Shown piece after piece: positions 1-12,600 of a stretch of DNA of 40,018 nucleotides. A program made the translations under genes and the position numbers. This stretch comes from Chiloscyllium plagiosum (taxonomy: Eukaryota): positions 37,238,092 through 37,278,109 of the forward strand of contig NC_057726.1 in assembly GCF_004010195.1 (NCBI RefSeq), given 5' to 3'. The notes beneath the pieces are model-generated. The model made no database searches and was not told where the DNA came from. It was given only the letters and a program-made list of their open reading frames with translations. Positions within the stretch are counted from its first letter, which is position 1. Every line of letters begins with the position of its first letter.

Positions 1-360
1 TTACTCTTGATGTCCAGGTATTATTCAGATACAGCTATAATGCACTGAACCAAGACCAATACCATATATCCACCTAGGGTGTGTTGCTCAGAACTGGTCA
101 CAGTGGTCTAGGTGTGGTCTAACCAGGATATGTATAGCTATCTTTCACCCTCTTGCACTCTGTTCCAGTAGAAATAAGACCGTATTAACTCTTTTAGCTA
201 TTTTCTGAAACGGTTTATATCTCTACATTCTGCACCCCATTTCATCAGGTCTCTTTGGATGTCCGAGAGTTTTTAGCTTTTCACAGGTTAGACAGTGCTC
301 TGTTTTATTCTTTTACATTTGACGATACTGAAATCCGTTTGCCACCATTTTGCCAATTCA
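1..360 (-). mobile_element. Degenerate CR1-like LINE RT fragment
   Basis: Minus strand near 85-130 reads LVRPHLDHCDQF, a decayed form of the CR1 LVRPHLEYCVQFW motif; boundaries approximate. Confidence 0.55.
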
Positions 361-563
361 CCTAAATGATCAATATTTCTTTTGCATTTTCATTTACACT
401 GATTACAATTCTACACATCTTTGTTTCATCATCAAGTCTGATGAAGAAGCTTCAAAATACAATCTTCTAAGAAAATGCCAGCCTTCTATCTATGACTGTA
501 ATCAACTAAAAAATTGCAAAGAAAGAACATTTTAATAAATGAACAATAAAACAAAATTCTTAC

Positions 564-647
564 CACAACTCTTCAAGTGTGTCATTCACTTCTAAAGCAC
601 TTCTAAAATAATCGCTCCCTTTCTCACTGATACCATTGTCTCCGAGT
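564..647 (-). CDS. Exon 12: LRR (RLGDNGISEKGSDYFRSALEVNDTLEELW); gene continues beyond the window
   Basis: 84 nt, phase 2-2, TTTGTAG/GTAAGA; ends at a donor site, not a stop. Confidence 0.92.
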
Positions 648-3600
648 CTACAAACAAATATTCTCCATTGTATTAATGAGCACCCACAAAGTACAGCAAT
701 ATGTACAATGAAATCCCTTAAATATGAAAATGTATGAATCACAGATACGCATAACAACAAGAAAATAATAGAGCACTTTTAAAGGAGCCATTCTCTTAAA
801 AATGAATAATGACCTGCCTCCAGCCAAATTAATTCTAAGTAGGAAATCAGATGGGGAATTTGCTGAACCACCACTAACTGAGGCTTTTAACTGGGAAACT
901 GATACTCACGTAAGCCTCTCATAGCACCACCGCTGGTATTCACCCAGTGGTGAGGCTAGGTGGAGTGGTGCAGAAGGAGATCTGACCACGTTCGGAGCCC
1001 ACCGAACGAACCTTAACCGGGTGTGTATGCGTGTGTGTGTCCATCCTTCCTCATTGTACTAATTCAAAGGACCAAGCATCACGACTCAGTACTCCAATGA
1101 AAGACTCATCTCTGTCCTATTTGCCAATCCTTCTCCCATGCAGCCCACCACCGCCTTGGCCTGTGCCTAGTGGGTACGTGAAGCAGCAGATACTAGCTCC
1201 CTTGTGTCATTTAATAATTAGCACTGCTGGCTTCTGGAGGGTAAGCAGTTCTTGCTGGGTGGGACGTCTGCCGTTTGGGTCCTTGATTCTGGGAAAGGTC
1301 CACCACTGCCCAGTTAAATGATTGATCAGATTTAACAACAAAGATGGGACAGATGGTTTGCGCATGTTTCCAGCTCGCAGGTGGCATTCCCAATGCCTCT
1401 GTCCAATGTAGCCAAAGCTCACTGCAAACATCAGCCAGGCTCAGCCCATGAGCACACAGACAAGTGCTAAACCACCAAGCAATAAAAAATGTGAGTAAAA
1501 GCAAACTTAAAAGCTCACCTGAAAATAGGTGAACCTGGGAGAGATTGGGATTGGAAAAAACATTCTTCTGCGAGTGTACATTTAAGCACTTACCTTAGTT
1601 CAACCAAGCTGCGATTTTTTTTCATTGCTTCTGCCATATACATTGCACCTTCATCCCCGATCTTGTTAAATTGCAAGCTGAAACAGGACACACATATATT
1701 TAATTTCCCTTCAATAATGAGAACAGCCCTCTTGGCACCAAACTAACTCAATTCATTAATATTTTGAGCAGTTTGGGAAAAAAAGGAAACTCATTACACT
1801 CCTCGGTTCAATCTTCAACATATATTAAGTTAGCTCATTTAACTTGAGGTGGTCATGGAGCATTGGTTCATAGCCTGTAGGTGAAAGAGTGATAATGAAA
1901 TTGAACCAGGCTTTCTAGTTTTTGAGCTAGTGACTTCTACACTGCCACCTATTGATGAGGAGGGAAGAACAGCTTCAGGTATAGTTGTAATAATGGCTGT
2001 GAATATTAGAGATTCATGAATGAGGAAATGCATCCATAGCATGATGGAACCATCCTGTGCTTTCAGAAAGGGAGGGGGAAATGGGGATTTAGAGAAAGGA
2101 AAGTTGAATTCTTGAGGGGTAATGGTGCAGTGCTTTGGAACATCAAGCGCTCTACCATTCATTTGTAGAGTGCAGGACCACAAGTATCTCGTCTCATATG
2201 GTGGGAACCTTTCTCTGGCCAAGCAAAATGAAGACCATGAATAAAGAGAAAAAGCTCCAGAATTCCTCAGGTGGGAATGATCTCATTAATTTGTAAGGTA
2301 GTTTTATTTGCATGGATCAGGTGTAAGGCTGTTTTTGAAAACAGTTTCTCCATTGTTGACAGTAACTTTGGTGCTCATTTTCCCTTTGTAATGGAAATTT
2401 CCCAATGCCATTTGCTACTGCCCCAGGCAATTAGTTCTATAGACAAGGGTGCTAATTTGCGCTACTATTGGGGTCCATAGTCAATCCTGTGGAAGCCAAT
2501 ATACCAGCACTCTGTGGACCACCTATTATCAATATACAGTCACATTGCAGCATTGTAGTGAGAGCTCCTAGCTTAAGGAAAGCCAATCAACTGTTCTAAC
2601 AGTGAGTACTTTTAACTTAGCAAAGGACATAACTTCCTCTGAGGTATTGAGGAAATGGGTGGTGACAGAGTATGTCTTCCAGTGGGTTCAGGCCCTATTT
2701 TTAAATAAACACATTTAGAGAACAGTTCATATATTAATAAATTAATAATGTAATTGTGTCTCTCATTATACCTGGGTGATACAGTTACTTTTATCTTAGG
2801 TTTATTAAATAATGAAACACACAAGTTAATTTGTCAACAGTCCAGGAAGCAGAGTATTGAGAATTCCTCTTCATCAAGATAAGGATCCACAATGGACTTG
2901 AAATGGGAACCATGAACAGTGCTGTCATGAAATTTAGTAATATCCACGGGTAGTGCACACAAAATTTGAGGAAACAATACCCGAAAACTCGCAACGTTGT
3001 GTTCATCTCCAGGGCTTCAGCAATCGAACGGGCACCTTTAGCTCGGACAGAATTTGCCCTTAATCTAGTGAAATCAGAGAGATTTTGTTAAAATAAACAA
3101 AGTAAAACCATCAGTCATCATAACAGCAGTTAATTTTGTTAATAAATTCTCTTGCAAGTTTGACAAACATTTGATTTTGCTAAGTTGAATACATACCCCA
3201 ATGTTTTCAGACTACTGTTTGTTTTCAATGCATCAGCTATTTGAGCTGCTCCTTTTTCCTGTATGGAGTTGTGCTTTAACCTGTGAAGATTCCAGATATT
3301 CAGACAGTATAACATTTGTATCATTTGCTTGGACCTGAAGCTAGCAATACACAAATATCCATGGACACTGTAGTCCATCAGGTCACTGATAGCATCTGAT
3401 TTACTTATAACTGATTTGGAAATTTCCCAATTAATTTAGGACGCATGGCATACAGGGAAATTATTTATTGCAGTTAAACAGAGAAATGCAAGCTCTTACA
3501 GTACAAAACACATCAGAAACAGTTATTTTCATGTGCTAAACATGTGTTAATTTAATGTTGCATTTATTAAACTGCTTTTAACTTGAATCAGAAACACAAT

Positions 3601-6600
3601 GGTGTAAATACATTTTGGAGTTACTTAATTTTGAGAATCAAGATTATTATTTACAACCAGCTAAAACTAATGATATGATATATTCGAAAAATAAGCAAGA
3701 CTGGTCATCGTCTTCTATTATAAAAATCAATTAGAGCCATAGTCATAGAGATGTACAGCTTCGTTCCAACTCATCCATGCCAACCAGATATCCCAATCCA
3801 ATCTAGTCCTATCTGCCAGCACCTGGCCCATATCCCTCCAAAACCCTGCTATTCATATACCCATCCAGATGTCTTTTAAATGTTGCAATTGTACCAGCCT
3901 CCACCACTTCCTCTGGCAGCTCATTCCATACACATACCACCCTCTGCGTGAAAACATTGCCCTTTAGGTCTCTTTTATATCTTTCCCCTCTCACCCTAAA
4001 CCTATGCCCGCTAGTTCTGGACTCCCCTACCTCAGGGAAAAGACTTTGTCTATTTATCATATCCAACTCCCTCATGATTTCATAAACCTCTATAAGGTCA
4101 CCCATCCTCCGATGCTCCAGGGAAAACAGCCCCAGCCTGTTCAGTCTCTCCCTATAGCTCAAATCCTCCAACACTGGCAACACAATTGTAAATCTTTTCT
4201 GAACCCGTTCAAGTTTCACAACATCTTTCCGATAGGAAGGAGACCAGAATTGCATGCAACATTCCAACAGTGGCCTAACCAATGTCCTGTACAGCTGCAA
4301 CATGACCTCCCAACTCCTGTACTCAATACTCTGACCAATAAAGGAAAGCATACCAAACGCCTTCTTCACTATCCTATCTACCTGCAACTCCACTTTCAAG
4401 GAGCAATGAACCTCTACTCCTAGGTCTCTTTGTTCAGTAACACTCCCAAGGATCTTAACATTAAGTGTCTAGGTTCTGCTAAGATTTGCTTTCCCAAAAT
4501 GCAGCACCTCACATTTATCTAAATTAAACTCCATCTGCCATTTCACAGCCCATTGGCCCATGTGGTCAAGATCCCGTTGTAATCTGAGGTAACCTTCTTC
4601 GCTGTCCACTACACTTCCAATTTTGGTGTCATCTGCAAACTTACTAACTATACCTCTTATGCTCACATCCAAATCATTTATATATATGATGAAAAGTAGT
4701 GGACCCAGCACCGATCCTTGTGGCACTCCACTGGTCACAGGCCTCCAGTCTGAAAAACAACCCTCTACCACCACCTTCTGTCTTCTACCTTTGAGCCAGT
4801 TCTGTATCCAAATGACTAGTTCTCCATGTATTCCATGAGGTCTAACCTTTCTAACCAATCTCCCATGGGGAGCCTTGTCGAATGCCTTACTGAAGTCCAA
4901 ATAGATCACACCTACCGCTCTGCCCCCTCGTAAATTCTCTTTGCTACTTCTTCAAAAAACTCAATCAAGTTTATGAAACATGATTTCCCACGCACAAAGC
5001 CATGTTGACTATCCCTAATTACCTTTCCAAATACGTGTACGTCCTGTCCCTCAGGATTCCCTCCAACAACTTGCTCACCACCGAGGTCAGGCTCACTGGT
5101 CTATAGTTCCCTGGCTTGTCCTTACCACCTTTCTTAAACAGTGGCACCATGTTAGCCAATCTCCAGTCTTCCGGCACCTCACCTGTGACTATCGATAATA
5201 CAAATATCTCAGCAAGAAGTCCAGCAATCACTTCTCCAGCTTCCTACAGAGTTCTAGGGTACACATGATCAGGTCCTGGGGATTTATCCACTTTTACATG
5301 TTTCTAGATATCCAGCACTTCCTCCTCTGTAATATGGACACTTTTCAAGATGTCACAATCTATTTCCCCACATTCTATATCTTCCATGTCCTTCTCCACA
5401 GTAAATACTAATGCAAAATACTCGCTAAGTATCTCCACCACCTCCTCCACACAAAGGCTGCCTTACTGATCTTTGAGAGGCCCTATTCTTTCCCTAGTTA
5501 CCCTTTTGTCCTTAATGTATTTGTAAAAACCCTTTGGATTCTCCTTAACTCTTTTTGCCAAAGTTACCTCATGTCCCCTTTTTGCCCTCCTGATTTCTCT
5601 CTTAAGTATACTCCTACTGCCTTTTCTACTCTTCTAAGGATTCACTCGATCTATCCTATCTATACCTGACGTATGCTTCCTTCTTTTTCTTAACCAAAAC
5701 CTCAATTTCTTTAGTCATCCAACATTCCCTCTACCTATCAGCCTTTCCTTTCACCCTAACAGGAATATACTTTCTCTGGACTCTCATTATCTTGTTTCTG
5801 AAGGCTTCCCATTTACCAGCTGTCCGTTTACCTGTGAACATCTGCGCCCAATCAGCTTTTGAAAGGTCTTGCCTAATACCATCAATGCTGGCCTTTCTCC
5901 AATTTAGAACTTCAACTTTTCTTGTACACACTTAACAAATTCCTCTCCATCTAAACCCTTAACACTATGGCAGTCACAGTCTATGTTTGGAAAGTTAAAA
6001 TCACCTACCAGAACCACCCTATTATTCTTACAGATAATTGAGATCTCCTTACAAACTTGTTTCTCAATTTCCCTCTGACTATTAGGGGGTCAATAATACA
6101 AGCCCAATAAGGTGATCATCCCTTTTTTATTTCTCAGTTCAACCTAAATAACTTCTCTGGATGTATTTCCAGGAATATCCTCCCTCAGTACAGCTGCAAT
6201 GCTATCCCATATCAAAAACGCCACTCCCCTCCCTCCTCTCTTGCCTCCCTTTCTGTCCTTCCTGTAGCAATTTATATCCTGGGACATTAAGCTGCCAGTC
6301 CTGTCCATCCCTGAGCCATGTTTCTGTAATTGCTACAATATCCCAGCCACATGTTCCTAACCATGCCCTGAGTTCATCTGCCTTCCCTGTTAAGCCTCTG
6401 GCATTGAAATAAGTGCAGTTTAATTTATCAGTCCTACCTTGTTCTCTGTTTTGTCCCTGCCTGCCCTGACAGTTTGACTCGCCTTTGTTCTCAACTGTAC
6501 CAATCTCAGATTGATCTCTTTCCTCACTACCTTCTTGGGTCCCATCCCCCAACCTTACTCGTTTAAATCCTCCCGAGCAGCTCTAGCAAATCTCCCTGCA

Positions 6601-9600
6601 AGTATATTAGTCCCCTTCCAATTTATGTGCAATGCGTCCTTCTTACACAGGTCACTTCTACCCCAAAAGAACTTCCAATGATCCAAAAATGTGAATCCTT
6701 CTCCCATACATCAGCTCCTCAGCCATGCATTCAGCTGCTCTATCCTTCTATTCCTGCCCTCACTAGCTCGTAGCACCGGGAGTAATCCAGATATTACTAC
6801 TCTCAAGGACCTCCTTTTTAAATTTCTGTCTAACTCTCTGTAATCTCTCTTCAGAGTCTCAATCCTTTCCCTTCCAACGTTGTTGGTTCCAATGTGTACA
6901 ATGACCTCCTGCTGGCCCCTCTCCCCTGTGAGAACATTCTGCGCCCTCTCTGAGACATCCTTGATCCTGGCACCAGGGAAATAACACACCATTCAGATTT
7001 TTTGCTGCTGGCCACAGAAACGTCTGTTTGTACCTCGGACTAGAGAGTCCCCCTAACACAAATGATCGCGTGGAATCCATCATGCTTTAAGATTACTATC
7101 CTGACGTATTCACTGATTTGTTTAACATTTGTTTAAAGATTTTGTTTTAAACAGTGAATGCTGATGTTACTGTAAGAAATCTCGTTTGGAAAAGTTAGCA
7201 TTGCAAAATACCTACATATGTGATATAATATTCACTGAAAATCCAATGATTAAATACTACTTCTATGCTAACAGATTTTTTTTAAATCATTTACTTCAAT
7301 GAGTCCTCCCAATTTCTGTACTGGCATTAGCTACAGTACAATCTAATAAAACAAAAATAACAATACAATAGTGTACTAATCATAACTTTTAACAATTTAA
7401 TCTTTTAGATATACAAAGTAAGTCCAGGCTTCTATAAAGTACAAAGTTAAGAACCTGAAAACAAAACTGTTGATCAACACAATGATACAACAGTTCAAGA
7501 AAAGAGTTTAGAATTAACTTTGTTATTCTTTGGCTGTGAATTTTAACTCGTAAAAAGTCAGTTTTTAACGAACAACATTTTGTTTAGTTTATATCTTCAT
7601 CGTGAACCAAAATTTGCAATTGATATTTGATTTTATCCACTCTGCCATTTTTAAGATGTGAAACAGATGAAGGCAATTTACCTTAAAATTTCTATTCTGC
7701 ACGTCTTACTTCTGAGTGCATTTGCAATGATCTCTGCTCCTTCATCTTCCAGCATGTTTCCCTCTAAACTGTGAATGAAAGGAAAATTATCATCATCTTG
7801 TTCACCTGGTATTTGTGAATATTCTTCAGCTAATGAAATATTCATTCCTGTAGCTGCATTGGGTGAACAACTCAATTTTAGGTAGCTCATTTCTGTTCAT
7901 GGCCTCCTATGCTTCTCATTGACCCAGGACTGACCCCTGGCTTTATGATAAGGATAGAGGGGGTGATATGCCAGATCATGAGGTTGCAGACTGTAGATGA
8001 GTGCAACTGTGCTCCTGCTGATGGCCCACAGTGACTCATGGATGTCCAGTCTTGAGTTGTAGATCACTTTGAAACCTATTCCATTCCCCACAGCAAAATG
8101 GACAGCAACCTCAATATGAAAGCAGGGCTGTGTCACCTGAAGGACTAGGTGCTGTTCATTCCTACTGGTATTGAATGTATGTACCTGCTACAGGTAGATT
8201 GGTGGGGATGAGGTCAAGTATGTTGTAAGGCCAGTTTTACAGTGGTGGGGTAGGGGGATGGGGTGGTGTTAAGGGAGTTGCAAAGAATGGTAGTTGGCAG
8301 TGAGATTTCACAAGGACCAGAGTAAATGTTAAAGGGCAACTCCCTCCTGACTGTGTTACCATCTCTGGAAATGGTGATGGGTGACAGCTGATGGAAGATT
8401 TGGTGCCGTCTGTAGGATTTTATCGAGCTGGTCTGTGGAGCAACTCGCAATTTTTACACAAGCTCACTCCTAAGATTAGTAAAGAGGACTTTGCAGGGTT
8501 GACTGGGATGGGTGCCCTCTTGTTGTTTTTGACAATGCCGTAATGTCAATCCAGTTTCACTCCTTTTATTATACTTTGTCGCAGTTAGATACAACTGAGT
8601 GACTTGCTAGACCACTTCAAGAGGGGAGTAAAGACTCAATGACATTGTTCAGAGTCAATCACATTGCTATGAGTCTGGAGTCACATGTAGACCAGACAAA
8701 ACAAGGAATGCAGATTTATTTTCCTAAAGGGCATTAATGAGTCAGACTTATTTTCACGGATTTGTTTCCACAAAGCTTTTCATTGTGTCTGGTTACACGT
8801 GACAATATATTCAATTCAATTCAATTGTTTTTATGGCATTCGACAATGGTTTTATGGTGACTAAAAGACAAGTTTCTAATTCCAGATTTATTAATTGAAC
8901 TAATAATTCACTATGTAAGATGGTGGGATTCAAACTTGTGTCCACCAGCATTAGAACTGGGCCACTAACTCCCTGTTGACCTGTAGGAAAAGGTACAGAG
9001 AATTGACCTAAGGCTGGGTTCTGAAATTGGGATTTTGAGGAGGTAACAGGCAATGGGGTTTTAGATCAAAAATCCAAAATATCGGGGCTGATAGCACGAT
9101 TGCCAGTTATGGGTGGAATGCTCATGAAACTAGAGTTTCCAGGCAGAATTATAGGGAGTTAGAGAAATTAGGAACAATAAAATGATTGGCAAATTCAAAT
9201 TAGAAGGATGAGAATTAATTTGAGGCACTGCTGGATCCGGAGCCAACATGGGAAGAAGGAGTGATGGATCATGGATGAATGCAGGCAGGGGATTTTGCTG
9301 AGTTGAAATTTAATGAATTATGAAGCCTACCAGGAGAACATTGGAACAGCCAAACCTATGTGACAGGGGCATGGATGGAAGTTTTAGCAATGGCTGTGTT
9401 TGCTGACACCAGCATATGTGAACCATGCGCTGCTTTAAATTACATTGGGGTTGGGTTTGTTGGGGTGGGAATGAGGGGAGACTGGGAGGACCATAGAAAA
9501 AGAGTGTCCGCCCACCCACCAAAACTGTCCCATGCACCCTTTCCCCACCACTGAAACCCTATTCAAATTCTTGTGCACAATACTTTTGCATGTGATGTCA

Positions 9601-12600
9601 CACACGAACTACATCTATGTGATGACACTGTATTTGGAACTGTGCACATGCACATTTCTAAATGAGCTCACATGTGTAGTTGCCCTCAGTTGCCAGTGTC
9701 AGCAAACATTGCCCTAAAGTTAATAACATTGAAAGTTTTGTACTTAATAAGATAGTATTCGTGACTTCAAGATGTTCCAAGCACTTTGCACCCAATAAAA
9801 TATGTTTCAAGTGTAGTCACTTGTGATGTGAAAATCTGCCAAACAACTTGAACACAGCAATAAGGTTACAGGCCAGATAATCTTTCTTAATGATGTAACT
9901 TGAGGGATAACTATTGACAAGATAGCTTATTTGAATATTAACATGAAATCTTCTAAATCTTCCTGAGAGAGTACACAGGCCTTAGTTTAATGCCGAATCC
10001 AAAAGATAGTGCACTATCTGCTATTACGGCAGAAAGTCAGCCTGAAGTATGTGCTCAAAGCTAATCTAGAATCGACTGACTCAGAGATGATAATGTTACA
10101 CAGCAATAGCTGACATCACAATGAGTGGCTTGCACCACTGTGGCACATAAAGGATCAGCCTCAAGACACACATTTTCAGAGTTTGCTCACAGTCACTTGA
10201 TAGTTATATACAACCGAAGTTGTTTATGGGACCTGCATGTAACTATGTTAGATCATTTTTCTCTAAACTATGGTAAATACCAGATTAATACAATATATGC
10301 AATCAAATATTTTCATTTTTTGTTACTGTTTAAGAAATTTCAATATCAAATGTCTGAATTGTAACAAAAGTAGATATTTTCGGTTTCTAGCTTCTGTGGA
10401 TTTTTAAAAATATGAATTTGTAATAAAGATTTTAAAATATTAGCCACAATATAAATGTATCAATTGCAGAACAATTCAATTTGAAAACAAAAAAGCAACC
10501 TTAATATTTAATGTATGCATATGTCAAGGTTGTTGACAGCATCATTTCAATGTCGAGAGTATGTTGCTGGAAAAGCACAGCAGGTCAGGCAGCATCCGAT
10601 GAGCAGGAGAACCAACATTTCAGGCAAGAGTTCTTCATCAGGAATTGAGGAGGTGAAGAGATAAATGAGAGGGAGAGGTAGATCTGGGGGGAAGGTAGCT
10701 GAGAGTGAAATAGATGGATGGAGGTGGGGGAGAAGATGATAGGTCAGAGAGGAGAGTGGAGTGGATAGGTGGGAAGGAAGATGGACAGGTCGTTAGGGCG
10801 GTGTCAAGTTGGAAGGTTGGAACTGGGATGAGGTGGGAGAAGGGTAAGTGAGGAAATTGGTGAAGTCCACATTGATGCCATGTGGTTGGAGGGTCCCAAA
10901 GTGGACACATTCTCCTAGCATCATTTAAATGCAATGCATGACACTTTAGTCAACTAATTTAATATTAAACATAAATCTACTAAAGTCTTATTGCTGTATC
11001 TTTAAAAGATAAAATGACCAAGTCACCAAAATTCTAGAGCATTCCCAATTCTTCGAGTTCATATATGAAGAACACATTTTAATACCTCAGTGTCTTGACT
11101 CTTGAGAAAACAGACTCGAGTCTTTGGAAACCCAAAGGTCCAGCTTTACATCCATCTAATTCTAGTGTTTCAATTGTTGTATGGTAAGACAGAAGGTTTG
11201 CAATTGCAGTGCAGTCAGTCACATTCAAAGAGATGTAAGAAAAGTTTACAGTATCACTAGTTTGGGAAGCAACTTGTTGTGTTAAATTTTCATTTGCTGC
11301 TTCATAGAGACAATGTGAGGCTGTAAGTTTTTGTCTTTTGTGTGCTGTGTACTTTACAATGTTTTCTGGAGTCAGCGTGTCTTCTTTAGGAACTTCAACT
11401 GCAGCAACATTTTTGATAGCATCAAATACTTCCCTATCTTTAACCTGATAATTAGGTACCAATTGCTTCACAAGTTTTCTGTTGCTGAGAGACACCAGGC
11501 CAGCAGTGAACCTCAGTACAATCTCAAACACACTGCTTTTTGAACTGAAGGCTTTATGAACATGATTTACTCCAGGTTCATTTGCAGAAATGCAATATAG
11601 TGCTGCAAAAAATTCTTGGTGTGTCAAGTGGAAAAATTGCCAAATGTGAGACTGCATCATCTTCAGGCTTTCTTTGGTGAGAATTTTTTTCCAGAAGGAA
11701 TTTTTGCCTTGAGTGATATTCTTTTCAATATCTTTTGTTGAGAATATTATTGTTTTATTGGTGACTCCATCCCATGCAAGTTGTGCTAATTTAATGATCT
11801 CATTTTTGTCTTCATCATCTTCTAAGCAGAAGGACTCAGGGTCTTCTTCCTCATCATTGTTACAGACCAATAAACACTTGGTAAATCTGAGGAACAAATC
11901 TGTGATTGTCCTGGGAAAGGAAGACAGCTGAGACCACTTGCCTTTACAGTGAAAGGACTTGTGGAGGTAGAAACACAGAATGTCACAAAATGCAGGAACA
12001 TAGCAAAGTCCAAATAAGGAATCAATGCTCTTCACCTTTTGAAAGACATGCTCAGCAGCTGTTTTATCCTTGAGACACTTCACAAAGTATGCAGCAATTT
12101 CATTTTTGGAAAATCCTAAAATTTCAGCACAACGATTAAAATATGCTTTGTTATCCAAATCAATTGTGGTTGGGCGGGATGTAATAAGGATGGTTGCATT
12201 GTGAACAAGGTCTCCCTTTATGATACTTGCAATCAAATGGTTCATGTGTTGAGCAATGGAGATGTGAACTTGTGAATAAATGCCAAAATCAAGAGAGGAT
12301 TTGAATTCATCCAATCCATCAAATAAAAACAGAATCCTACTGGGCCATTCTAATATCTTTGTGCATACTGCTCTCAGATGAGGGTAACTACGTATAATAA
12401 GCTCAGTTAGACTAATTTTCTCCTTGATTGTGTTCAACTCCCGAAAACTGAAATACAGCAGTATATTAAACCCAGAATAAAGTGGTCCACAGGCCCAACT
12501 ATGAGCGACTTTTTGCATCATAACACTTTTGCCTATTCCTGCCACTCCTTGCACTAGACAGACTCGTGGTGGTTTTTCCCCAGGTGCAGATGGTGAAAGG

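Noticed and set aside
4004-4838. Plus-strand ORFs over the CR1 (and similar ones at 27673-29367 and over the NACHT exon)
   Set aside because: Antisense shadows of minus-strand coding sequence.
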